This document shows positions 1-12,258 of a stretch of DNA of 64,000 bases, in pieces. Each line of letters starts with the position of its first letter. Position 1 is the stretch's first letter. Below the pieces are notes generated by a model that saw only the letters and a list, made by a program, of their open reading frames with translations, ran no database searches and was not told the origin of the DNA. Source of the DNA: Phyllosticta citribraziliensis (Eukaryota); NCBI RefSeq assembly GCF_038025025.1, contig NW_027117339.1:248001-312000 (forward strand), written 5' to 3'. The translations under genes were made by a program, and so were the position numbers.

Positions 1-83
1 CATCTCGAACCCCTCCATCCCCCCCACCACATCACCACATCACCACACATTCCACCAACAAACGTCACCTTCATTTAGCAATC

Positions 84-791
84 ATGGGTGTCGAGAAGCA
101 AACCATCAAGCCCGGCGACGGCGTCACCAAGCCCAGCGTCGGCGACACCGTCACCATGGAGTACACTGGCTTCCTGCAGGACCCTTCGGGCAACAAGGGC
201 AAGCAGTAAGCCGACCCGCGACCTGACTCCACACCTACACAGGAACCCAGATCCGCTGACCCAATCTGCCACAGGTTCGACTCGTCCGTCGGCCGCGGCG
301 ACTTCCAGACCGCGATTGGCGTTGGTCGCGTCATCAAAGGTACACCCCACCACACGAACACAGCGCTTAGGAAGCTGTCGACAACGCTTGGAACAAGAGG
401 TGCTGACAGGCGCACTCTGCAGGCTGGGACGAGGGCATCGTCGGCACGGCTTCCAAGCCCGGCATGACGCTCGGCGAGAAGGCGACTCTGACCATCACCG
501 CGTACGTGGCCAACCAACCCTGACACCCCCCGTCAAATCGTTGCTGGACTTCTTTGCTGACATATTTTGCTGGACAGTGACTACGGATACGGCGCTGCGT
601 AAGACTCCCCTCCCGTCTATGCTACGGATACACCGATGGTGACGCAACGACATCATTGCGGAATGCGGCGACACAACGGATCTGATGCTGACATGCTTTG
701 CCCTCACAGCGGCTTCCCCGGCCACATCCCGCCCAACGCGACGCTCATCTTCGACGTCGAGCTCAAGGGCATCAACAACCAGCGGGCTTAA
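84..791 (+). CDS. FPR1: FKBP12-type peptidyl-prolyl cis-trans isomerase (FK506/rapamycin-binding protein), 5 exons
   Basis: Hand-spliced exons 84-205, 275-339, 423-501, 578-598, 710-791 with GT..AG introns and GCTGAC branch sites give MGVEKQTIKPGDGVTKPSVGDTVTMEYTGFL...FDSSVGRGDFQTAIGVGRVIKGWDEG...[43 protein letters not shown], carrying all FKBP signature motifs. Confidence 0.97.
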
Positions 792-1991
792 GCGGAGAAC
801 AAGAGGTACGCCGCATGAGCCGCCAACCCACGCACCTCGTCTGACACACCGACAGGAATCCCATTCGTGGATTGTCGCCAGAACGCGGCGCTCCCTTCAC
901 CAGGGGCCCGCTCTAGAATCTGGCCGTCCTCTTGGCCTCGTCTGCTTTTGGTTTTGGAAAGAGTGAACGAGAAAAACATTTGAGAGATTTCATTTGCTGT
1001 TGATACAGAGCAGAGACGGGCTGTCGTCTCAAAGGGGTTGCCCCTGAATCAATCAAGAATACACACATGATGCATTCACGCTTGGAGACTCTTTACACAG
1101 TGTCGGACACAGTGTCGGGCCTGCGAAGCCTCTCGTCTTGTTGCGCTCTGCTCCGCAGGCTGCATTTTCTATCCCGCATGCGCCCATGTTTCTATCCATC
1201 CTCCCTCCCGGACCTTCTCCCTCGCGCCCCAAGGAACCAAACAGAGTCGACAGACGTGAATGCGTATCTTGGCGATAGATATCGACGTCGACTGGACTGG
1301 CTGGCTGCCGTTTGCGTGTCTTTCACGCCTAGCCGCGCCCCTCCCCGTGCAGTGGACGGGTGTGTGGTTGTCTTCCTGATGTGTCGTGCTAGGCGCGTAA
1401 CCGTCGTTTGCATTGAGAGGGCTCAGTCATTGAAAATCTATCCTTATGCTGCTGTTGATTTCATGTTGCATCGTCTTGAACTGTCCTTTCTTTCCTGTTC
1501 CTGCGCAGCGGCACGACAGCATGCATGCATGCATGCACGGCTGCCGCGGCCGTCTCTGCGTCTGTCTCTGCTTCTGCATTCTTCTTCTGTCCGTTCGGTT
1601 CGGGTCGGCTTTGATGATGTGATGATGGGCAATCGGAAGGAGGAAGGGAAAAAGGTTTTGCTGGCTAGCTGTCTGACTGACTTACTGGGGCGGGCTATGC
1701 AGGTGGTGTTGCTGAGGGGGTTGGAGAGCCCAAGTTTGTAGGCTGGTGGATGTGATGGCAAGGCAAAGTGAAGTGGTGAAGAAGAGGGAGAGGAAGAAGA
1801 AGAAGAGTAAGAGGGACGGTCAGCCAACCAATCAACCAATCAGCAAATCACTCCACGTCCTGGATCAGCACAAGTTACCGCAGCAGCAGCGTCTTCGGGA
1901 AGAGGAGGAGGAGGAAGCCTCTTGACCTCACTGATGGCGTGGCACTGACGTGCTTGATTTGAGGAGATGAAGTTTGCCGTGGAGGTTCATG

Positions 1992-2030
1992 CTTCTGCTT
2001 CTGCTTCTGCTTCTGTTTCTGCTTCTGCTG
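1992..2030 (+). repeat. (CTTCTG)n hexanucleotide microsatellite
   Basis: GCTTCTGCTTCTGCTTCTGCTTCTGTTTCTGCTTCTG read directly. Confidence 0.85.
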
Positions 2031-5000
2031 CTGGGCTAGGCTGGGCTGTGCTGCGATGACCGAGGGAGGGAAACAGAAAAGGTGAGGGAGGCCAGGGAAG
2101 GAGAAGGGGAAGGGAAAGGGAAAAGGAGAGGGAAAGCACTGTTTTTCTTCACTCGTGTCCTTCTTTAAGACCTGAGTTTCTTTGGGACACAATCGGAATC
2201 CACACTCTGTCCTAGGTACTTTACTAGAGTGATCTCTTTTTGAGAGATTCTCATATGAAAATATTAGATATCCTTATGTTCACCCGTCCTCAGATAGCTG
2301 GAGCACATGCGCGCGTGTAGAAGTAAAGTCGGTAGTGGTAGTGATGGTGATGAAAGGGTGCAGATAGATAAGAACTCTTCACTTTTCTTTTTCTTGACTC
2401 ATTTTACTCATTTTCAGCCAAAAGAAAGCGCTTCAGCAGACAGCAGCTTCAAGCCTACCTATGTATGATCGACCCGTCGCCTTTGCGCGGCAAGGCGAGT
2501 AAGCTAGGTGTGCACGAATATCCACTTCTTTCCTTTTCTCTGCTTCATTTCCCACTTTTGATACCCACGGCTACAGCAGCGACACTTTTCCGCTGCCTGA
2601 TGATTGATCCGGCTATTTGACAGCGCCGATAGGCCTTCACACTGAATACCAACTAAACAAAGGGGACAAGAGGAGTGATGAAGTGGCAGCAGACAAGGCG
2701 AAGCAAGATGTTGATTTTCTGTCTATATGGATGTTGCCCCTAGCCCCTGACCCCTAGTCGGGCAATCAATCAGTCAGACAGTCAGTCGGCCAATCCATCA
2801 GTCACAAGGAATTCAATCAGCCAGCCCGCCCTTCACCACCTCACCCATATCGTAGGTGTCGAACTACGCATGAGACAAACCGCAGGACGAAAAAGCTGAA
2901 ACGGGGGATTTGAGACATACATGTATGCGTCCTGAAGTAAGACAAGACACGACACGACACAGCGCGCCTGTGTGGTCTTACCTTGTCTTATCTGGTCTGG
3001 TCTGTTCTGTTCTGCCATCCAACAGTCAACATACACCTCAACCCAAAACCAACAGTAAAGTGTTGTCCACATGCACCTCTCTCCCCTTTCCCTTTCCCCT
3101 TGCCCCTCATGCCCTCCAACACAAACCAAGCGCAACAGCAGTAAAGCCATCAACACCCCCGCCCCGCCCGGCACAGTAGCAGCAGCAGCAGCGGCGGCGC
3201 GCGCCTGAGACAGCTGACCCGTTCTGTTCGCCTACCTACCTGCAGACAATGGTTATCTGACCATCTGACAATCTGTCTGTCAGTCTGACGGGAGCGTGTT
3301 TCACGCTTGCGGGTGCGGGCGGGCGGGACGGCGGGAAACCGGCGATGCGGGGCGGGTAAGGCTGTGTAAGGTGAGTAGCGCGGCTGCGTCTGCGTCTGTG
3401 TGTGTGGTTGTTTGGTTGGGGATGGGGGCAAAGGCTGAAAGATGCAGAGGAGGAGGTGGGTGAGCACTGAATAGATGGACAGATGGGGCTGTGTGACTGA
3501 CATAGTACGCATGTGTGTTACACGATGGACGACGGGAGCGGAGGGGTGGGCTGGGTACCTAGGTAGGTGGGCTGGTGTGTAGGACGTCATGTCTGCACGC
3601 AGATGGAACGAGATGCGTACAGTATGTAGACAGCAGCTGAGCGCTTCCCAACTGCCCTGCTTCACCACGTCCACTCCCGCCCATTTTGCCCGTCTTTTGC
3701 GAAGTTGAGGACGTCGAGATGGGTGGTAAATGGCAAGAGGCCAGTCAGCCAGCTGACCAGCCGAGCAAGAAGGAATCGTCCAACTTCTGCCGTAGCATAT
3801 TACGTGGGTAGAAATGCGTTGGTGGACGGTGATGATGATGGTAGTGGTGTGGTAAATCTGGGGGTCGGAGTCGGAATCGGAATGCCAGAACCAGGACCAG
3901 GGCCAGGGGTAGGCGCGGTACGACGGGACGGGGCCGGGATGCAGGACTCGACGTTGTACCGTCCTGCCGGTGACGACGTAACCAGCCAGCGGGGGCCGGG
4001 CATGTACGTATGTTTGTATGTAGGTGCTGGTGTTGGCCTGTTTCACTGGTACATACATGGAGGAGAAGTAGGTTAGCGACTGGCCGTTGAACGACTTGCT
4101 GCTCGTTGCCATCTTGCTCATGCGGCACTCCTCCTCATTTTGAGAGTCTAGAGCGCCGCCAGTCATGTAGTCATCGTCTGACTGCTGGCGAGCCAGCGCT
4201 TTCTTCTCCTCAGATCCAGGGGGTGGTAATCACTTGTCTCGCGTGGCGCGCAGACAGACCTATTGCAGTGTTTGGCCAAGAAGGCGGTGGTGAGAAGGAA
4301 CAACGCCCGCCGAGCACGTCGCTGACACTTCTCCACGCCATCGATAAGGCGTCCACGCGGGTTGGTGGTACAACTTACAAGGCACCAGGCACAGAAGTCG
4401 GTCTGTCTGCTGCGGTGGTGGTTGGTCGCACAGAGGCCGCCCGCCAGCCAGCCCGGCCGCTGTAAATAGCGATCAGCTCTGGCCCTGCAGCAGGGCTTAT
4501 CGTCGTTGTCGTCGTTGGACGTCGCTGCAGCCTGTCAAATGCCGCGACTGGCCTGCGCGCGTGGAGCGAGGTCGGAGATCCGCCTCCCCGGACGCATATA
4601 TGTTTGTAGGTGCGTCTGCAGCTGTGTAGCTAGTTGTCCAAAGCCAGGCTGCGGGTTGTACATGTAGTTGGCGGCGCGTCTTACAGGTTGGACAAGTCTT
4701 CGATATCAGTCACATGGTTGACGAGCAGATTGTGATAGGGCTGTGCTACGACGGAGCCGCGTCGAGGCGATCACGGTAAGGGACGTTGAATGACAGAGCG
4801 CGTGGTCGCCGGCATCCGTAAGCGCGCCTGGTGTTGCGCGAAGCGCACATCAGATCTGAGGGTGTATAGAGGGACGCGAGACCGCAGCAAGGCGCCTGTA
4901 AAGATGTGAGGTGCCGATAGTACGTGGTGCCTGGAGTCTGGTGGGAGATGACATGTCCGTTTTCAAAGGGGATTGGTGTGCGAAAAGCAATGGTGAGACG

Positions 5001-7091
5001 AGGCGAAACAGACGAAACGCCTAGACTGGATGACAAGCTCGCCCAATCATGTATGGTGATGTCGTTTCTCATCGTGCGCCGGCTTGGGAGGGCAAGCAGC
5101 AGTGGTGTTTCTTGAATATGCGCGCTTCCTCATCGGGTTGCAGGCCTGACGGTCGTGGCGGCTGGAAGCGCATATCGATGTCTTTAATGCGCCGTGACAG
5201 AGGGGTAACCTGTTCTCAGGCAAAGTATGCTGACGAGTGGGTATTGTTTCGAGAGAGGCGCCATCTCCGTAGAGTTTTGCAGCGACAGCATAAGGCTGGA
5301 AGATGGGCCCCGGGTCCAACGAGATCTAGACGATTAGAGTGGAGAAACTTTTGGCACGGTCAGGTAGCATTGGGATGGTGTGGAAAGAGAACGAAAGGGT
5401 CAAAGGCCAAGATGTTGCAGCTGTCCCGTGTCTTCCGCAAGAGGGGACGTGATGATTGGCGCAAAAAGCTAAACCTTGTCTCTGAAGACAAACATCGTCA
5501 TGACTTGTGCCTACCGTATCGATACCTATCCGGCTGACCAGACATGCTGACCAGACATGAAAAACTGCGACCCGAGCGACGGCCGAAGAGAGTGGGAATC
5601 CATCGTCGGGCTTCTGCACGCGAGCCCGAAGGTGCGGACAACGTTGCGGCAGAGGCTTGGTGGTGTTGTCATGTAGTGTAGGTGGTTGAAATGTTGGTTG
5701 AGTGATTGGTCTGACAAACCTCAACCGAACACCTCGTTCAGGCACGCCGTCTCGCCAGCACCACCAACTCCCACCTTTGCAACCACCCACGTTGATTGGC
5801 AGTGTCTTCGCCAACCCGCAGCTGCCACGCATTAGAAGGCAGGCCTAGCCCTCTACTCTGCTCCGCATGCTTGCTTGCTTCTGACGCCTCCAAGGACCTT
5901 GGCCCGTCGACGGCACCGAGACAGCATCGGGACCAACCACATCTTGCCCATGCCCTGGCAATGACGGCTTGTCCAGGAAAAAAACTTCAAACACCGGTGG
6001 AGGCAAAGCGGCGGAGAATGATGCGACGACGTCTGCGATTGGAGCTCTCTCGAGGGGCCTTTTCCCCATAGGACGCTCGACGGCGACTGGCGTGTATCTA
6101 GGGCTGGGGATCCTTCGTGAAGGTCGACGGCAGCCCCACAGCTTGCAGGCTCTTGCGCGACTTCTTCGGCCAGGCTGGACGTTGTGGCAAAGGTACAACG
6201 GACGAAGTGGAGGATGACGACGTGCCGATTACTGGTACGGCCAACGGTTGGTCAACCACGACGTACCAGACTTTTCCCCCTCGGCAGTCGCCTCGAGGCC
6301 GGCACGACACGACACGACACGACACACACGACTGCTCATGCAGGCGCGAGCACACGGGGCCAGGCGGCGCTGTCATGGATCGTCTGACAACAGGCGCGGT
6401 GTCGCAGCGCACGCGCAGTGTCTCCCGTCGACGTCGTCGACACGTTGTTTCAGCGGGCGCCGTTTTGTCGCGCCGCCACAGCTGACGAAGGCCGTGGAAT
6501 GGGGCCAGCGACCAACCGGAGTCTCGACGGCGACAGGTGGTTGAAGCGACGACGCTATGCTGGACGCATCGGTGATGGGCACCGTGGGAAAAAACATCAA
6601 TGGCCACGCAGGCAGACTCGTCGACGGGCGAAATGAGCCGTCATTACCGCGCGGGCGCTGGTCAGGGGCCCCGGTCGACATGCATGCTGGGTCAGGAAGG
6701 CCAAGCGGCGGTCCAGGTACGCCGTGTTCCCCATTGGCCATCCAAGCCACCACTGCTCCACCCATGTCGGCCGGCCATGTTCACTTTTCGAGTCTGTCCG
6801 CTCGTCTTCGTTATTCGCCGGTGCCGCCTGGTCCCCCCCCTAACCCAGCCGGCGTCGCCGCCTCTGACCATGCGCTTCCTTGTTATTTCATAAACCTCTC
6901 CCCGCCCGCCTCTTCATCTCTCTCTCCTTGTCGCCTCCACGTCGTTGTCTACTCGCATACCAAGCTGGGCCTTGTCCACACTCCTTTGGCTGTCTAGCTC
7001 ATCCCTAAGGCCCCCTGCCTGCACACTCCTTTGCAAGCTTTATACGACACACCTGACTAGCCTTCCTTACAACCACATTCCCTCCACCACA

Positions 7092-7949
7092 ATGCTCAAG
7101 ACTTCCACCGTCGCCGCGGCGCTGCTCGCCGCCGCACCCATTGCCAGCGCTGGTTCTGCCGGCGTCAAGAACAACTGCGACTACGACGTTCACCTTTGGA
7201 CCGCCGACACGGAGCGCGGCCAAAGGGGTCCCGAGATCCTGTCCTCTGGCGGCTCATGGAACGAGGAGTACTACATGGTGGGCTCTGGAGCCTCGCTCAA
7301 CGGCGGTGTCTCCATCAAGCTCGCCACGACCGACAGCTGCGAAGGTGCCATTACGCAATTCGAGTACACCTACAGCTCCGACGGAAGCCCTGACCTCTGG
7401 TACGACATTTCCAACGTCAACTGCCAGGGCACCGAGTGCCCCTTTTACCTGGATGGTTTCCATCTCGACGCCCCCACCACCGTCACCTGTGGCCCCGCGA
7501 CTGTCAAGTGTGACGCCGTCTACAACGTGTGGAACGACGACACTGCCACGCACGGAACCACCTCGTCCAAGGACCTGACCCTCTACCTCTGCGGTGAGGA
7601 CGGCGAGAGCTCCAACTCGACCAACTACGACACCACCTCGTCGGCTGCCCCGTCGTCGACCTACTACGCCGTGTCGTCGAGCGCCTACACCCCGATTGTC
7701 ATCTCGACGACGAGCGCCACCCCCACGCCCACGCCGGCCGTCGAGATCTCGGCCAACATCGAGGTCGCCAATGTCCAGCCCACCAGCGTGACGCCCAGCG
7801 TCGTCAACGAGATTGTCACCGAGATCCAGACCGAGTACGCAACTGCGTACGCCACGGTGTGGGCCAAGCGCTCGCCGGCGCCCGAGCCTCACCTGCACCA
7901 CGTGCGCGGTGAGCACCACCAGCACGGCCACCCCCACTGGCGCAAGTAA
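7092..7949 (+). CDS. Secreted Bys1-family / thaumatin-like protein with Ser/Thr-rich stalk and His-rich C-terminal tail
   Basis: Intronless ORF with strong C/G-ending codon bias. ATG in CACAATG context, signal peptide MLKTSTVAAALLAAAPIASA, then VKNNCDYDVHLW, GGVSIKL, ITQFEYT, LWYDISNVNC, YNVWNDD, LTLYLC motifs typical of fungal Bys1/osmotin-like domains. S/T/P-rich linker, then KR-SPAPEP-HLHHVRGEHHQHGHPHWRK. Confidence 0.8.
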   Translation: MLKTSTVAAALLAAAPIASAGSAGVKNNCDYDVHLWTADTERGQRGPEILSSGGSWNEEYYMVGSGASLNGGVSIKLATTDSCEGAITQFEYTYSSDGSPDLWYDISNVNCQGTECPFYLDGFHLDAPTTVTCGPATVKCDAVYNVWNDDTATHGTTSSKDLTLYLCGEDGESSNSTNYDTTSSAAPSSTYYAVSSSAYTPIVISTTSATPTPTPAVEISANIEVANVQPTSVTPSVVNEIVTEIQTEYATAYATVWAKRSPAPEPHLHHVRGEHHQHGHPHWRK

Positions 7950-10900
7950 AGGGACGAGATGGCGTCGTCGTCGTCGTAGTGTTGTAGTCGTTGCATTTCA
8001 AGGTCGTTGAGCGAGGATTCCCGTACCCCCCACCCCCTTTTTCTTCCCGTACAGTCAGTCCATTTTTCGAGGGTTACTCATTGGCATACTCCCCCGCCTA
8101 CGGGTGCAGGGCGCGGCAAGATACCACGAGCATGTTACATATTCGGATGGTGATGGAGCGGAGTTGGAGAGCACCTCTTTTTGCTGGTCTTGGGCCGCCG
8201 TCGCGTCGGGTCCGGGTGATTTCATCTTCCATGTGGATAGAGTCTTTTTTTATTATTACCCTTTTTGGTAGAGCGAGAGAGAGAGAGAGAACGAGAGAGT
8301 CCGAGCGCAACGTTTGTTTTGCTGCTCGAGGAAAAATAAGGATCCCATTTCAACTGCCCTTTGTTCTGTTTGTTCGGTCGTTCTTCTTTTGCTTTTCACG
8401 ATGACATGAGAGTTTTGTTGTTTGGCTTGTCTGTCTTGCCACCGCTGCCTTGTCTTTCCTCGATTGTCTTGTTTTTGTTGGTCTGCAATATACCTACACA
8501 GCGCACGTGATTGGGGGGTCGTTTATTGCTATCAGGCTTGGTGGAATCGTAGTGTTTTATTGGACGACGAACGAATGGTGCTGGTGCTGGTGCACAGGAC
8601 TGATTCCGGTTGGGCTGGCTGGGCTGGCTAGCTGGCACTGGCACTGGCACTGGCTACTCTAGGATTTTTCGTAAATAAAGCCTCGCGCTGATCGCCGCCC
8701 TCGTCCCAGCCTTGTTTTGAGCTTGTCCACTGCGTCTGCTAGCACTCAGCAGTGATGTCCATGTAGTACGTGCGCTCGTGACAAAAAGCGGAGCAGCAAT
8801 CGGTGGTTTTCGTCCCAATTCTTCCCTGTCGTCTGCAGCCTGCTGTTCGCCCTTGCTTCGGCGCGCGTGCGTGGCCCATGAAGGAGGGACGGGCCCGCGG
8901 GATGGGATGCTGGCTCGCGGATGGATGGGTGGATGGATGGGTGGATTGGGGATGACGACAACAAACGATTCACTGACGTCGACGGGTGTGGTGGTGGTGT
9001 GCCTGACGGATGCGTACTGTAGACCAAACCAAACCAACAAGGACCTGGGAGGCGGGCACACCCAGCACCACGCAGCAGCAGAGCCCAGCAGCAAGGGGCG
9101 GCGGGCCGAGGCTGAAGAGATGAACGATGGATGTCGACTTTTTACCCGCCCTTGGCCTTGGGTGCGGTCGAGAGCCCGCCGCGGCGGCTGCGCTATGCAC
9201 CTTGTTAACCTTAATCTGGTCCTGTCGCTGTGTGCCAAAAATACGACCGACAACGGCGGCGACGACAGTCTCCAACAACAACATGTTGCCCATCTTTCTT
9301 GTTGGTGGTCATCAGTGTCCTGCGCAACTCGCAACGCACCCGACGACACCTGCTGAACAACAAGGAAGCCGCTCTGCTCCCAACGGCCGTGGTCGCCCGA
9401 CGTTCCCCCTCCTCCCCTCCCTCCCCCACCACCAATCTCCGCCGCCGTACTCCGTATTCTGATCGTCGACAGATTGGCCTTGGCTCGTCGATCCACCATC
9501 CAACACGCTCTCTTGTTATCGTCTTGGCCCTCACATCACTCTTCTCTCGCCAGCTATCTATCTATCTCGTCGCAACATCACAGGCACCGGCGTTATTGCC
9601 AAGCTGCCAACCCTACCCAACCCCTTCTGGGCGCCGCTGGCCCCTGAGAGAGGATGAGGACGAGGACCCTGAATGCTTCCTTCGCGAATCGCGAACCAAC
9701 AAGGGTGGCATCGAATCGAGGAACGGGCTTGCGTCCTTTCGCCGCCGCTTGCCTACCTATCCCTCCGCAGACTAGCAGGTAAACCTCGTCGTCTGTTTGT
9801 TTATCTGTTTGTTTGTTGCCCGCAGCACCTACCTACCTTCCTACACAGTCCAGGCGCGCTTGGCATCATGCGCGCCGTTTGAGCGCGACCGACGGACCAG
9901 TGTGCGGGTGCCTTAAGATAGGTACCGACGCGCGCTACCACTGCCTAGCGCTGCGCTCCGCTCCGACCTGCCTGTGGTGTGTACCTAGCACGGATTCGTC
10001 GTGCGTAGAGGCTGGCTGGCTAGCTAGATGCGGTCTGTACCTGTTTGGTGACCGACAGGCAAGTCACCGTGCGAGACAGCGTTGACAACTATCACCACCA
10101 CTACTGTCACTACTTCGACGAGCACCGTCTTGTTTCGGGTATGTTTATTTGTCATTAAGTCGCTGGCTATCGCGTTGGATGTGCGCGCTATTGATCGACT
10201 GCACTGCCATGCCATTTCCTTCCTATTCTCTCTCTTCCTTTCTCTTCAGTCCAAGGGGTGCACGCACGCGCCTCAGCAGAACAGAACAGAGCACCCTGCT
10301 GTCTCTGTCTCTGTCTCCATCTCCATCTCGCTGTGTCTATCCGTCCATCCGCAGGTGCCTCCCATCAGTCCCCCCTGCGTCCTCTACCTCTCGCGCCGTC
10401 TGAGTGCGCGACGCGGCACATGTCCTGAGCTAGAAAGAGCTTGCTTGGAGAGAGACGCTAGGTAGGTAGGTGCGGCTAGCTGCTTGGCCTACTCGGCGGC
10501 GGTAGCGCGCGCTATTTCTGGGTGATGGCTTGCTGGATAGTGGGATGGCTCGCAGCCAGTGGGGGCGCATACCGTTCCTGCGGCGGGATCGATTGGCAGA
10601 CAGCCAGACGGACAGACGCTTGGTAGGTGTCTAATCCGCGCATGTCGCCATTGCTGTTTGTGATGAGCGTTTTCCTTTTCGTCGTCGTCGTCTCTCCGCT
10701 CGTTTCTGCACATTACGCTTCCGTTCGCACCCCGTGGAGAAGAGAGAGGGGGAGAGAGGGTCTATGCGGCGGCGGCCAAGAAACACCTACTAAGAGTTCA
10801 GACAGACGACGCTTGGCAGGGGTCTCGCTTTGCTGTTGCCTCTCTTGCATCTCCGTCTCTCTCTGTCTCTGTCTCCCTACCCATCTCCATGCTCTCTCCT

Positions 10901-11520
10901 ATAGGCATGCCGCTCTGGTGACAAGCAAATGATCATCACGAGTCCTCAATCTCCTAATTTCCCAGTCCCCTCCTCTCCCGCCTCAAGATTTTCCAATAGT
11001 CTCCCTCCTTCTTCTGCTTCTCCATTATTGGTGATCAATCATTGATCACCCATCTCATCTCATCTCGATCTGCCTATCTGCCACCCTGCCACCCTGCCCG
11101 TGCTCTTGCTCTTGCGCCTACATGTCGATACGATAAGGTAGATCAACCAACGAACGCTTGGCCAGCAGTAGGCAACGCCCCGGCAGCCATTCACGGTTCA
11201 CCCGTCATTCCCATCTTCATTGATGATCCGTCGGCCGGCTGGCTCGTTTTTGGTGTTTGATGGGTTGCTTGATGGACGATGGACGGATGGGTGGGCAGGC
11301 AGGCAGGCAGGCGGGCGGCGAGTGTGTCAAGGCATTCTCGCCTCAGTAGAGTAGCTGTACAATCCATTGGAGATGGCGCCTGGTATCTTGTTCTCCTTCA
11401 CATCTTCAGTAGTCATCGGCTTTTGCGTCGCCTTCCATGCCATGATGTCGCCGCATGTACAGGGTGGTACTCTCTTCCTCTCGACGGAGTGTCGAGAGAC
11501 GAAGCGTTCAAGAGTATCAC

Positions 11521-11556
11521 AGACAGCAAATCAGACAGCAAATCAGACAGCAAAGC
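11521..11556 (+). repeat. 12-nt tandem repeat AGACAGCAAATC, about 3 copies
   Basis: AGACAGCAAATC AGACAGCAAATC AGACAGCAAAGC read directly. Confidence 0.8.
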
Positions 11557-12258
11557 AGACCAAACGAAAAAAGCAATCCGTCACTTGTCATCGGTCCATC
11601 ACCAAACACTTCCCCGTTCTCAGAGACTCAAACCCACGCACGCACGCCCCACAGCACGCAGCAGCCGACCACGCAACATCAAACACCACTCGGTCACCAA
11701 CACCGAACTCAACCAACCAGTCAGCCAGCCAGTCAATCCACGACGCATAAACATGGCATCATCCCCACCGCACCCGCACCCCACAGAGCCGCCGCTCCTC
11801 GCTCGCCCAAACCGAATCGCCGGCCCGTACGTCTGCATGTAGGTACGTACGGCGTCCACCGCCGACACACACGGCGTCCACTGGACGAGCCACGCGGCGC
11901 CTCGCTACCCTCGCCTCCTCGCCTCGCCTCGAGCCGAGCTCGAAGCCTCGTACGCTTTTGCTATTTGCTTGCTCCGTGGCGCTTGGTTTCCCTGTTTGGT
12001 TTCTGTCGCGACGGCGGCGGTCGGGCGGGCGGGTTTCCCGAACGCGTGAGGGTGGCCATGGACGACGGAGGCGTCATCATGCCGCCTTCCTGAGAGCGCT
12101 CGTGTGGTCCTCGTGCCGTGGAATTCGAGGCCCGTTGGAAGCGCCAAAGTGTGTTGGTGGTCCAATGATGCGCATGGGATACCATTTCAGTGGACGACAT
12201 TGCTGTCGTTGGCTTTCTCGCAAGGTTTGCCTGCTGCTGAAAGTGCCATGCTGTTGTT

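Noticed and set aside
2676..2750. GTGATGA...CTGA pair resembling a box C/D snoRNA
   Set aside because: No convincing terminal stem, and I could not match a guide to rRNA; needs snoscan/Infernal.
3150..4166. 338-aa minus-strand ORF in the first intergenic region
   Set aside because: Built from simple repeats (SDSDSD, QTQTQ), no codon bias or recognisable motif.
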